64,000 nt of DNA, taken from NCBI RefSeq assembly GCF_004010195.1, contig NC_057718.1:37194337-37258336 (forward strand), written 5' to 3'. The notes below the pieces were generated by a model that was given only the letters and a program-made list of their open reading frames with translations, was not told where the DNA came from and did not search any database. The translations under genes were made by a program, and so were the position numbers. The number at the start of each line of letters is the position of its first letter. The stretch's first letter is position 1. The DNA is from Chiloscyllium plagiosum. Lineage: Eukaryota. Of this stretch, positions 38,761 to 51,900 are shown piece after piece.

Positions 38761-39261
38761 TGTTTTTGTTGCTGCGTTGTTGTTGTTTCATGACATGATT
38801 GAACATGACCTGAACCTGCAATAACCACCCAAGTATGACAAAATGTTGCTTTCAAATAAGATTTTGTTGAAATATACATCTCTGGAATGCTGCTTTAATC
38901 TTGGTGCAGTGCTTTCGCTAATCTGATATAAAGTCAGAAGGCTAAGATGAACTGCAACAAATAATTACAATTATAGTTGCATTTTTTACCTTGGCCTAGT
39001 TATTTGTAATTATAAGAGCCAGTACTGTATTCATTCTTACATGTGATTGTGATCTCCCATCAAATAGTACCTCACTATCATAGATCACAACGTGGAAAGA
39101 TTAAACATCTGTAATTACCTGCTACAACCAATGATTCTTTGAACTCAAGCCTGGTCTGATTTTGATTTCAAAAGAATGTTAATTGCTTTACTTTTATCAT
39201 TCAGTGAATTTCATTCAAATTTCTTTGCTTATTCCATTCTAGAATATAGATTAGCATTTTG

Positions 39262-39660
39262 GAGCGTAGGAATATGGAAATTGGAATAGACCATTCAGCC
39301 CTTTGAGTTGCTCCCTGATCCAATTACAGTATAGGTGATCTATATCTTACTTCCACATACCATCTCCAGATCCCTTGATACATAGGAAGAGGAATAGGCT
39401 ATTCAGCCCCTCAGGCCTGCTCTGCCATTCAATAAGATTATGGCTGATCTTTGATCTAATTCCATATGTCTGCCATGGGCCTGTATCCCTTGATAGCCTT
39501 GCTCAAGTAAAACTTGTCTGTCTCAGATACAAATTTAACAAATGATTTAGCATCAAATGCTGTTTGAGAAAGAGAGTTCCAAACCTACAACACTTTTCGT
39601 GTGTAGAAGTGCTTTCTAATATCTTTGCTGGTTCTAGCATTTTCAACAAGTGGAAATAGT
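39262..39660 (-). mobile_element. Two stacked CR1 3' tails
   Basis: ggaatagaccattcagccct and ggaataggctattcagcccctc..aataagattatggctgatct. Confidence 0.6.
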
Positions 39661-41035
39661 TCATACAATATACCTGACAAAAAGTACTTTAAGGCGTTTA
39701 ATACAAATCAATCCTTTTTCTTAATGCAATTGTTCTTCACAAGAAACTGAGATGAAAACAACTTTCGAGCAACAAGAATTGTGGAATTCTCTTCCATTGG
39801 AACACAACCTACAAAGATTACAGTGAGTTTACTCATCACAAAATCCCTATGTTGGTTGTATCTTTTGAGGTGATCCATATTCTCCCCTTATTTTATTTTT
39901 TCTCAAGATAAGACTAAAATGCCATGGGTCCAAGTTGTCCTTCGATCATAGGAACGTACAGTGAAGAAGGAGTATCTGCAGTACATGTGCTAGTGTTTTA
40001 CCCAAGTTTTTTTTTTAAATTTGTGATTTTCACCAGTGTTTTGATATCAAGCAGAACTTTAACTGTTAGACAAATGGAAAGATGGAGATCGTCAGCTGGG
40101 AACCATATACATGAAAGTATATATTGGGCCAAAAGCGCAGACGTGCATCTGTCACTTACCATGCAAGAGTCTTTTGAGTGGCATTAACCTACTTTCTTCC
40201 ACCATTTCTTATTCCTTCCTGACTCTTTTTTCTCACACACATACTCTCTCCTCAGATCAAATGGTAGCTTGCGAAAATGTTCTGTTGCTCTTTCTCGCTT
40301 ACTGGACAGCAAGAAAAATGTTGTGGTATACTGGCACAGCAAGTGAATTACAACGGTATGTTATGGTTTGCAGGGAATCAGCCTCAGCTCCCGGGGGACA
40401 AGATACCACCTCCAAGAGTTCCAAGGAGATGCCTGACACTGCCACAGTAGGAACTGCAGTCAGTTTCCAATGAGGAGACGGAGAGGTGGTTGGACAACCA
40501 AGAAAGTGGGGCCAGCATTACTGGGGCAAGTAGGGCAGACTCTAGTGAGGTGGCAACTGTGTCAGCAGAGATAAGCAAGCTTGGGTGGTCCCTTCTATGG
40601 ACATGGAGGTGGGAAAAGATCTTAATGGGGCACTGAGTGCCCAAGTAACAAGGACCACTCTCCCTTGCCAGCATTACAGCATCACCACATCACCTGAGCA
40701 TTCTCCCCCACCCCGCCTCCTCATCACAGTGTAAGCAGGAGGAGTCAATTAATTACCCACTTGAAGATCTCAGTTGGCTCAATGTTGGGTGCCCCCCAAC
40801 ACCCACCCACCACAGGTGAAATCCCAGGGGAGGTGCGTAAGTGATGGACACACCACCTCATCTCTTGCATACTACAGGTGGGTGAGGGGGTTGGGAATGT
40901 AAAATTCCAGATTTTTCTTCCAAATCATCTAGATCCACAACATAGTAATTTAATTGGAAATAGATGAATTAAGATATTGTGGTGTAATGTGTTTCACTGT
41001 AGATTATCCAGTTCTTCCTTTGATTATTAGGTGCA

Positions 41036-41215
41036 GGAGTCAAAGAGTGTGGTGCTGAAAAAACACTGCAGGTCAGGCAGCATCTGAGGAGCAGGAACGT
41101 TGATGTTTCAGGCATAAGCCCTTCATCAGGAATGGATGCTGCAGAAATTCTCCTGCTCCTCAGATGCTGCCTGACCAGCTGTGCTTTTCCAGCACCATAC
41201 TCTCGACTCTGATCT
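41036..41215. mobile_element. Penelope-derived family-A fold-back pair with hammerhead core on the minus strand (41102-41129)
   Basis: About 60-bp inverted arms; minus strand ctgatgaagggcttatgcctgaaacatc. Confidence 0.78.
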
Positions 41216-42377
41216 CGGCACACTCTTAAGCAAAGCATTGCTGACCTGGCCACATGCAATTTAAATGGATTAACTAATAGATTTATAACCTTGGGGACTG
41301 TGGCTGTCACATTCAGTATTGACAAATGGATGCTTTGTACAGTCAATTCAATGCCATTAAATGGGACTCAAAATACTAAAAGGTGAGCTTTTAAAGTCGG
41401 ACTAAAGAAATGAGTAAGTAGTTAACTATGGGCCTGGAACTTCATAAGGATGGATTTCCTCTGTAAAAAAAAGCTTATAGCTACAACATCCTTGGTAAAT
41501 ATACCACCAAGGAGGTTCTTGTGAAGGTTTAGTTCCTGGCAAAACTACTGTGTGACAACAATGTAATATGATATAAAGATCAGGTTTAACATATCTTTTG
41601 CTTGGCTATGTGGTTTCTATATTTACTTCCCAATTTGCCACACTCGCCAAAGGCAGTGAATCTTGCTGCTACATATAGCTTGCTTGGCACTCCAGTATTT
41701 TGCCCACATACAAATTGGAATGTTGTGTATGAGCAGACTATACGACCTCATACATTCACACCCAATATCCACACATATGTAATTGCTGGACAGTGACTAG
41801 AACGGCAAACCTTAGTTGATTTTAGTCTCTCCTAACAGAAGAGTATAACTGTAACAGCTCTAACATCACCTAGGCTGCAACCAACAGACTAAGTGTTAGA
41901 TCTTGGGCCTTCTATAGTTGTGCTGATAAATATCATTAAATGACAAACCTATGTAGTAAGCCACTGTCAAAGCACATCAAGTATTTATTTATATATATAT
42001 GCACCATTGTATCGTTAATACACAAACATGGTTATCTGTTTACAAGATACATGATAACATGACAACACATCCTCTTAAATTGTTGTTTAATGGTGCTAAG
42101 AAAAAAATCTCAAATTCTCAAACATGTTCACTTCACTCAGCTTTCAAAAGTCAGTTGGTCTTCATTCTGTGCATCTTAGTTACAGACAGCATAGTGCCAC
42201 CGTAGTTTAAAGGCAAAACATAGCATGAACATATGTTCAGACACAACAGTCTTTCTGGTAGTGAGTTCATATTTGGCCCATTTCAAAAGAGAACGGATCA
42301 GCGAGAAGGTAGACACTGAGAGGGATGGAAAGCAATTCCCGAAACACTAACTTGCACTTGGTCACCTTTGTATTAAA

Positions 42378-42463
42378 GCTGAAAAATGTGCTGCCGGAAA
42401 AGCGCAGCAGGTCAGGCGGCATCCAAGGAGCAGGAGAATTGACGTTTCGGGCATAAGCCCTTC
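42378..42463 (-). mobile_element. Young family-A element with perfect 10-bp TSD
   Basis: TSD ttgtattaaa at 42368-42377 and 42464-42473; CpGs retained; rc gaagggcttatgcccgaaacgtc. Confidence 0.8.
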
Positions 42464-44240
42464 TTGTATTAAACACAAGACCTGGATATCTGTCTGCCAT
42501 CTCAGCCATACAGGAACATGTCACTGACTGTATTGCCAGCATAGCAAACAACACTTTCATACGTACAATTAAAAACTTCCGAAATAAAAATAGGAAATGT
42601 TGGAAATACACTAAAACCAAAGAGTCAATCTGCTTTTTCTTTTTCTGGTGCTAACTGACCTGTTCTGCACTTTCTGTATTTTGTACATTTATTTCTTCAA
42701 ACTTCCATTAGCTCTACATTGAACAATACTTCACTAAATTAAGCAGCAGACTGAAAGCAAAATTCTCAAGAGCACCTAATTGTGTTTTTTTTAATAAAGG
42801 AACAATATGATACATTTAACGCACTCCAGCAGTCAAGTGTTTAAATGTCTAATCATCGACTTTTTAATTATTCACAAGCATATAGGAAATAGGTGTTTGT
42901 GAGCCCTTCAACCACCTAAAATAAAATGTAAAAAAATGGCACTGACCGTAACTTCAAAAGTTCCTTTGTGATTCACTGCACAAAGCTCTATCTATTAAAT
43001 CTACAGAAAGCTGACATACGTCTGAAAAAGATGTTGCAGATAAATTTGGTTCAGCAAATTCAATATCCATTACCCTGTGAAGTGCATGTCTCAATCTATT
43101 TAGTTCTCACAGAAAGAATGCAGCTTTTAATAAGTAGCATCCATTCAACTAAACTATTTCTTCATCAAATCCCAAACACTGAGTTTGATTGTTGCTGTTA
43201 GTGCTGAACTGGCGTCTTCAGCCCCTCCCCCCCCCAAATCAGAAACACAAAACTATTTTGCTTTTCTTCTCTCTGAACATGAATGGTGCAGAGGCTTTTA
43301 ATTAACAAAACGTTTCTTGCTCTGTTTGACAAAAAAGGTTTCTTGATGGGATTCTAAGAAAGGATTACATGAAGCATGTCGGTTTGATTCTTGCCCAGTT
43401 CTTCTGGCCTGCCCTGTACTGCACCCTTGGCTGCCATTCAGTCTAGTTTTCCTTCATGAACTCCCTCTTTTCTGTGTGGTTCAAGGAGAAAAGATACGTG
43501 TCCTGTCTCTCAACTCCCCAGCTGCCTCAGAACTTTAAAGGTAAGCCATGCAGCAGCAAATTAAAATAATCACTAATGAAATTTTTTTTTTGATTTGCAG
43601 CTGTTTGTAGACTCCACCGTTTAACCTTACTCTGTTGTTTGAAGTTTTTGCTGAACTACACTCTCAGCATCACATATCCCTGTAATGACACATTCATATT
43701 ATTGAGTAACTTCCACTTGAATTTATTTCTGTGGCAACTTTAGCTGCTACTGTATAATGTAGCCTACGTCATAACCCATTAAATAACAGCAAACAACAAT
43801 CACAACTACAATACCTTGTCATAAGTATTTCCCCAGTGGCTGTGGAAGATCCATACCAGCCAGTGAATATAAAATTCATGTGCTGCTGGCCAGAGAGTTA
43901 ACTAAGCAATCAAAAAGCCTGTGGATAGTTCAGGCAAAAGAAAATAGCAACTTGCTCCCAAAATATCCACAAAAACAATATATATTTGTGCATCGCCTTG
44001 AACACTACAAAACCTCTTAAGATACTTCACAGCAGTGTCATACATTAAAATATGATAAGGGACTAATGATGTTGTTTAACTACCACTGTTGCTCTAAGCA
44101 TGTCCACAGGAGCCAGGTTTAGGAAGCTAAAAATTGGTCTTTTCCCTTCGCAAGTCTCCTTCAGGGAAGGTACGGACCTGCTGGGAATATGATTTAGCAG
44201 GTACTTCCATTACCTTATCCAAGTTACCATCATTCACCTA

Positions 44241-44355
44241 CAGGGAAGACCGCATTATCTGGATCCCAAACTTCCAGAATTGACATGCAACTGGCATCCA
44301 AGATTCGAAAAAATAATTCCAGAAGCTTCAAAGCCGGATATCAGGCACTTTACTG
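44241..44355. mobile_element. Possible short degenerate Tigger-like MITE
   Basis: TA|cagggaagaccgcattatctgg ... ccggatatcaggcactttactg|TA. Confidence 0.4.
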
Positions 44356-45133
44356 TATCAACAATTAGAGGGAATAATGAATCAAATACTGTATTAAAGC
44401 TGGTTCAAGAGTTATCTTATCAATAAAAATGAAATCATCAATTGAGGCCAGGTATACTGGTATTTATGACTGGTCCTGGGTTTTCACTTTTAAATGCCCT
44501 TCCATCTTGTGGCAGCGACAAGTCAGGTTCTCCCAGCCACGTCTAGTATTCCTCATATTTCCGGCAGACTCAGCTAATGGACACCACCACCACCAACACC
44601 CCCACCCCCCCAATCCCCACATACTGGGAAGGTGACTGCACTGTCCACATACTGGCAGGGGTGATTGTCCAGTGATCATTAATGGCACCTCAGCTGATTT
44701 TCTTGTCTCTCTATAGCTTATCAAAAAAATCAGACCTATGTCTCTGACAGCAAACTGACATGAGACCAGCTCCCTCGCACAGATCAAAGTCTGAAACTAG
44801 AATTTTCTGGTTTGTGTGGCTTGAAATCATATCTGGTAGCATATTAATCCAAGTAACTATTGAGAGGATTTCGCCATTAATTGTGTGCAATGGATCAGAG
44901 TTAGCACTCTGTCGAGGTTTTACCACTCTGATTTAGGCCAAATCGCCCAATGATGCTTGGGCAGTAGATTAATCTACACCCATGGACATCTCAGAGCCTT
45001 CTCATTGGTTCAAGCTGAAGTTGCTGTCTGCTCAAACCTTCGCAATGGCAGCTGAATCAACTTATCAGAAGAACAATACACTTGAAACCAGGCCATCAGA
45101 TTCGATTGAATCAGTTAACTGCAAGGTGAGTAA

Positions 45134-45318
45134 AATGCAAGGAAACACTGCTAAAAAGAAATTCCTTTCATCTGCCTAAAAATATTGGATCAAACTTAAG
45201 ATGTAGACATTCAAATTTAATCCAATACAGTCTGGATGGGTTACTCTTCGGAGGGTTGGTGTGGACTTGTTGGGCCGAAGGGCCTGTTTCCACACTGTAG
45301 TCATTCTAATTCTAATTC
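45134..45318 (+). repeat. Copy 1 of an inverted duplication: about 95 bp non-SINE sequence plus SINE 3' end
   Basis: Reverse complement of 61623-61806 with about 7 differences. Confidence 0.9.
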
Positions 45319-48129
45319 AGTTGTTAACAATAAAAAATATTTTAGAGAAATTTCATCGAAGTAAGATTCCAATATAGAGACATTTAACGAAAGAAATTAC
45401 AATTAGCACGTTTCATCAGGCATGTGGGTTACATAAAGAAATTATTTTGCACTTCCACGAAAACATAAGTTGATTCAACAGTTTGGGTTATCACACCCTA
45501 ATTTCACAAAGAGCTCCGGTAAATTTACACCTTCCTCACAAGATCCAACATGCACTCTTTGAGACACTCTGCGAAGGAAAATTTGCTCTGACTGCACTGT
45601 CACATGCATAGTTTCCTCTATGATCCACAGATAAAGCATCAATCTACTCAATGCCCAATTTCCAGCACTTGGCTCACGTCATCCTCATATTTTAACACAA
45701 TAACTCTGAAAGATGAGGAAAGAAAACAGGCAAAAAGAGATAGTACTCAAGAATGAATATGTTTACCCATTAAACCGCCCAGTTTATTGTTAAAAATGAA
45801 TTACAGTCAATGGAATTTTTCTTTTATTATCATTCCTCATGGTTTCTCAATGTGAATGACTATTCAAACAGGCACAAAGAATTCAGTTGCACAACTCCAG
45901 TTATAAATAATTTAGTGCAAGCCATTTCTTAAAATGCTTTTCATCACTTGATCATCTGATCACTAAGACAGTTTTTAGAATATGTTTCAGAGCTCTGACA
46001 TTGCTGCAAAGAAGCAATGAGCTGAGGCAGGTGTTTTCCCCAGTGAGAGGGAGGGAAAATTGGAAACAGAATCATCCTGAGTCTGCTGTTCAGTGACTTA
46101 TTTCAGAGGAGCGCCAATGCTGTTTGGAAAGCTGAACATCCAGTCAGCCTTTCGGACTTGGACACTGTGTGAAATGGAAAGTCTCCACTGGGTCCAGAGA
46201 AGTACAGTAAATCACTTTTTAGAAAGGAATACCCCTGTCCAAAAAAAGTACTTCAAGTTATACAGAGAGACCATTGTTGATTTTTCATTTGTGCAGGAGA
46301 GTGCAATAACCGAAGCCACTATTTACAACCTTTCACATGTGTGAAAGCACTTCTTCACCACATGGTAATGCAATTTCCCAACACTTTCATCATCATTTAT
46401 TACACGTTCCTGCACATTGTCAGTCAGCATGCCTTCCTTTTGCATTAAACTGTTTACATGGAGCTACTTGAGGCTGCTATTAGACTGGTCTTCCAAATCA
46501 TGTTAAAGTGGTAACATGTGTTCCACGCAGTGCTGGAATCCACACAACTGGCCAGGTAAATGGCAAAGGGAAGGCTGAAATGAAATGTTTACATATGTTT
46601 AAATGTAGCAGATATTGCTATATGGAAGCTGTTAAGTTAACATAGTTAAAGACAAATAATTAGTCTCCTGTTTACACATACAAATTTATGAATCTCATTC
46701 ATTCAAAACTGAATAATGATTACATTTTATAGTTTGTACATTAAATGAAACGGCCTTAATTTCATAGCAATTTCAACGATTTTATAAGTCAAGTTCGTTC
46801 TACTTGTGATTATGATACTTAAAAATTAATAATACTTAATAATAATTCACGGAGATATTCACTGACACGATCTCTAGACTGTATGTTCAGTAAGCTGACC
46901 TCAATAAGGGACAGAAATGTTATAAATTGCATAGTTTTCCTCAGTTATGGGAAGCTGGCTGGGGTTCCTGCTCTTGATCACAATCCAGCAACCCCTGCTG
47001 ATAATGCACATGTGAAGACAATCATGTTTGCACAGCCTACTCTTGGGTCCTCCTGGATTCTACTGTAACCAACAAGGAGCAAATAGGTACCAATCTCAGC
47101 CTGACCCCCCACCCCCCCCCCTAAAATCACTATGAGATGCTACAACTTGATGCATCTGTTTTTATATCGATAGTCAGCTTGATCAGACTGGAGTTTGCAT
47201 GTGTATTAATCCTCAGTACTGTTACGGTGTCATTTTTAAGATAGGCATCAGCTCCATGAAGGTTGCAATAACAAAAATTTCCTGCAGTCCTTCAAACTAA
47301 AGCTGGCCGGGTTGCTAGAAAACAACAGCAATCCAGTTGCAGAGAATAAGTTTGCAACTTAAGTAGGCCTTTTTGTTTCAGTTAACAAATAGCAAGGACA
47401 CTAATTTGCCCCATTTGCCCCAGGCAGACCTAATAGGGCAAGAGAAAAGTATTGCTGAGTTGAAAGTCTGAAATGGAAACTGAAGGTCCTAGGGACGACT
47501 GTGACAAAGAGACAAAAGAAAAAGAATATGACTCTTCTTCGGACTGGTGAGAACTATTCAGATACATTATTTAAAGATGATTCAAAAGTTTCATAAAAAG
47601 CTAGACATTATATAGGACCTTTACACTAATAATGTGTACATTGAACAGTAATTTGATTGCAAGGACTAAATTAGATTGGATTAATAGGATTTATGAGCTA
47701 TTGTGATTTGCTGAAACTTTTCTTGATTGGGAATTGTAGAGAAAATTCACATGGTTTTACCCTCAGGTATTCTCACCACTCCTTGGAATTAGTGTGCTAT
47801 GATAATGGATTAATGACACACATGGTTGTACTACGGGACAGTGAGAATGAAGTGAATAGTAATTTCTGATTCTTCGAGTAAATAACTTCTGAAGTACTCT
47901 GACAATCTACTTACATGTATCAAATTGCTGGAAGGACAAAATAGAGGAACCATTTGACCTCAGAGTCAACAACAAATCAGGGCCCACAAAGGCACATTCA
48001 ACCTACCTAACCCCGCAAAGTCCTCGCCACTAACACCTAGTGACAATTGAAGACTAATCAAGCAACAGCCAGACATAATGATGGTCACAGAATCAATCCT
48101 ATCAGCCATGTCTCAAACTCCTCTATCGC

Positions 48130-48990
48130 TATAGCAACAGTAGTAGTGTTTTCTTGAGCCTGTTTCTCAATTCAATTCATTACAATTGATCAACCCCTCA
48201 GTTTGATTAACCTCCGTTTGTTCTATATGTCTTGATTTCCCTACTCCACCCAAAACAATCAAGCAAGCCCAGTTTTGTACATTTGAATTGGTTCAGACTG
48301 CACACTGTTTGGGTAGGGTTAGTGAAATCGAGGTATCACTGTAGTTCACGTGCAAAGGTGTTCTTAAATAACTTTACAATTTTTGCTTTATTTTCCTTGT
48401 CTTGAATGCTCCCACCAGTGGAAGTTATATCTCATCACTCACCATATTAAATCCTGATATCATTTTAAACAGACCAAAATTCAGTCATCCCACAACCATC
48501 CAAACTCAAAGGAATTAAAGTCAGGTTTTTGCAATCAGTACACATAATTTAACCTTTTAGCCTATTAGGAAAAATATAAACTTTTCACCCTGAAGTAATT
48601 TGGCTGAATTTGCCCAATATGCCTTTCAGGGTAAATATATACATTTTGAAGCCCTGTGTTGAGAACTGATGAAGTATGATCAAAGCTCTCTGTATAACTG
48701 AAGCATCACTTGACCTAATGGCTGACATTCTATTAACCTTGCTGATTATCTTTTGTACTTGTGTACTAGCTCTTAGTTGTCAGTGCGTATACACCTAAAT
48801 CCCTTTGCCTCTCGACAGCTGCTAATTGTAACCTCTCACCATCAAGAATATATTTTGTTTCTTCTTCTCAGACTCAATGTGGACGACCTCATATTTTCCT
48901 CCATTGAACTTGATCTGTCAAAGATTTGCTCACTCACTTACTATGTCTAGGACTGTTTGTTATTCTCTGCTCCAATCCAGTGACTGGAGT
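48130..48990 (-). mobile_element. Very decayed CR1 LINE
   Basis: Residual similarity to 25900-26500 (ctgtataactgaagcatcac, ctctcaccatcaaga, ccattgaacttgatctg). Confidence 0.45.
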
Positions 48991-51900
48991 TGCATCTAGA
49001 TCAAAGGGTGACAGTGGTCATTGAAGGTCACCATCTTAGTTTCAGAAATTCCCCAGGTCACTAACTTTACTTATCAATGATTTTCTCACCATCATAGGGT
49101 CAGAAGTGGGGCTGATCACTGCTGAGTTAACAGAAATCAAAGCTCTATACACAATTCCTCAGATAAAAAAAAGCAGTCCATGCAGCAAGTTTGGGATAAC
49201 GTTCAGATTTAGTTGATACATCTCAGATGCTAGTAGGGCCCAGGACTGGGGGAGGGGGGCTTGGGCTTACATCAGGAGCCAATAATTGGAGCCCAAAACT
49301 CTAACAGGCCTGCTATGCTCAGACCAGAATGTAGCCACAGTGCTCCAGGTGAGGCCAGAGCCACTAGGCTCAAGCGAGGCACTGGGGTAGGGTTGGGAGT
49401 AGCACCAGGGCTCATGCTTTCTGTCCCTGAGCCTGAGTACAAGGTATACTATGAGCATCACCAACAAGATGGAGCTTAATCACCTCTCCTTTGCATTCAA
49501 ATTAACTTCACTGAGTTTCATGCCAATTGCATCCTGAAGGGGGTTCACTCGCCAAAAACTCAACTGAAGCTGGCTCATAAATGTTGTGATGATGACAGCA
49601 CAGAGAAATAGAAAGATTATGTCAAAGACTGAGGTAGATCAGGGTGCAGGGATTCTGTCACAGGCGGGCCATCTCCTGATGCCCAAAAGCATTTTCAAGC
49701 CATGTTATGGATAGGATACTTTCCACTTGCCCAGATGAGTGCAGCCAGATCAAATGGCCAGAAACAATTTCAAGAAAAAGACTCTCCGATGGCATTCTGA
49801 GAATAACTATGAATGTGCACTGCTAAAAATGAATGTCAGGCATTATCCACATGAATCTCCATGTACTTTTATCTTTGAATGAGAAGGAGCATTTTGTCTG
49901 ATTGATAGGCCATTAGGACTTACTATGTGAGTGGTAACAATATATTGCTGAGGGATCACCACCCATTCTGCAAAGAATCTTGATACTTTCATATGGATAA
50001 TTTTGGACGTTAGCCAAGAGAAAGTTAGCAATGATCAGAGACACCTGCTGAATCTCCTAGAAAAGTGGGACTTCCTACAACAGTTCATGCAGGTATGCAA
50101 AAGGTATGCCAGTGTTATAAACTTCTTTACATCTCTGTGCCAAATCCTGTCAGGTCACAACTACTTCCATACCTTTCAGTCAATCAAAGCAAATCTCAGA
50201 TTAAGAAAACTACAGGTTTCTCATCAGCAGTGACCAGCCTCACTCCAAACAGTATACAACAAAATTAAACTGACCAGACACCCTGGCCCTTTTCAAACAG
50301 CAATTACTCCCTTTGGAACCTTTAGAACCTTTAGATTTTACTGAGGCTTAGCTGAGTTCAGCCTTGTGTCCTACCAAGACAGCCCTTCACCCAAAAAGTC
50401 TGAATAAAATGTAAAGGCTCACAGTACTAAATCATTGTACAAACAGCAGTGTTATGGTTGATTTACACCCTAATGATCTTTTAAAGTACTACTTACATTG
50501 TATGCACAGCAATAACATCACACATTTTCATTTCATGTGCAATCAATCTACACATGCAATGGTAAATTGTATTAAAAATATCATCAACATTGGGAAGACA
50601 AATTAAAGCAGTTATTTTAAAAGACTATTAGGTTTGATATCAGCAATGTTTCAAAACTGTGGATAAGATGCTATTTAATAAGACTGTTTGATGTTTCTCT
50701 CACTTCAGATGACTCAGTTCCCAGACAAGACTTAAGCAGTTTCAAGTTGTGGCCTGCGGTAATATTTCCTGGCAACTTCTATTGGGTATTTTGTCATTTC
50801 TAAAGGTTGAACTGTGTTGGTGATCACAGTCCTTGCCTTAGACTAGTGCTTTTCCTTTTACTTAAAGTTTTTAGGCTAAACAGCATATATTATAATTTGC
50901 ATGCTGCAGCCTTATAAGTAAGGACTCTAAACAACTTGTTTTGCTCACACATGTTCACTTACAATTTGCATTTTTGGATTTTGGTTTTATTTTATTCCAT
51001 GCTATCGTTTTAAAAGTTAATCATTTTTGATAATTGAACAGTTCTTTGTCCCCAGGCCCAAGAATCCCTTTCCCAGTATCTCCTTTTCCTTAGCTAGCAG
51101 GGCGTCTCGTGCTGCTACCTGAAAGTTTGGCAGGGAACATATCCCAATGATGCAGGCTGTCCCTCATTTAATGCCTGCATGAGCAGGATTTCTGTCCCTC
51201 GCTCAGGAAGACATTCTGCCTCAGAGAGAGAGCGGCCAATCTGATTGACGGGCAGCATTGGCCACAGCTTGATTTGCAAGCAACCCTTAGATTCTATATC
51301 CTGGATCCCAAGATAGAGGTAACTGTAGGGAACTGGATGGGGCTTTAGTGGTGATAGCAAGAGCGAGGTTGACATGGCAAGGCGAGGAGAGGAGAGAATG
51401 GAGCACTTGGGTTTTGGGGTGGGAGGGTGCGTTGGGTGAAAACTTCTGGATTTGGTCAATCTTGAAAGGGTGCCAATAAAAGAAGAATGATGCTTTCTCC
51501 CCTGAGATCCAAGCAGAGTCATCTGTCAGGCTTCACTGTAAACCTCCTTCGTTACCCCAACTCCCCCCCCAAAAAAATGTTACTGAGTAAGAGATGGCCC
51601 TTGAGAGGGCCAGTAATTTAGCATGTATTTAAAAACTTCAATTGGATGACCTTTCCTTGCCTTCTATAAAGTAATGAATGGGCAGGAAGGCAGCAGGAAA
51701 GCTACCCTGGGAATTATCTATGACCCCTGAACCTGCTGATTCAGGCCGTCAAATTGTACCTTAGGAGTCAATACTCTACTGTAGAAAAAAAAACAAGTCC
51801 CACCCAGATGCTCAATTGATAAATGTATTCCTCAGTGCAGTCTTGAGCCAGTAGACAAGGACGATTGGAAGTTTGATCCCATTGGCTAACCTCAATTGAC

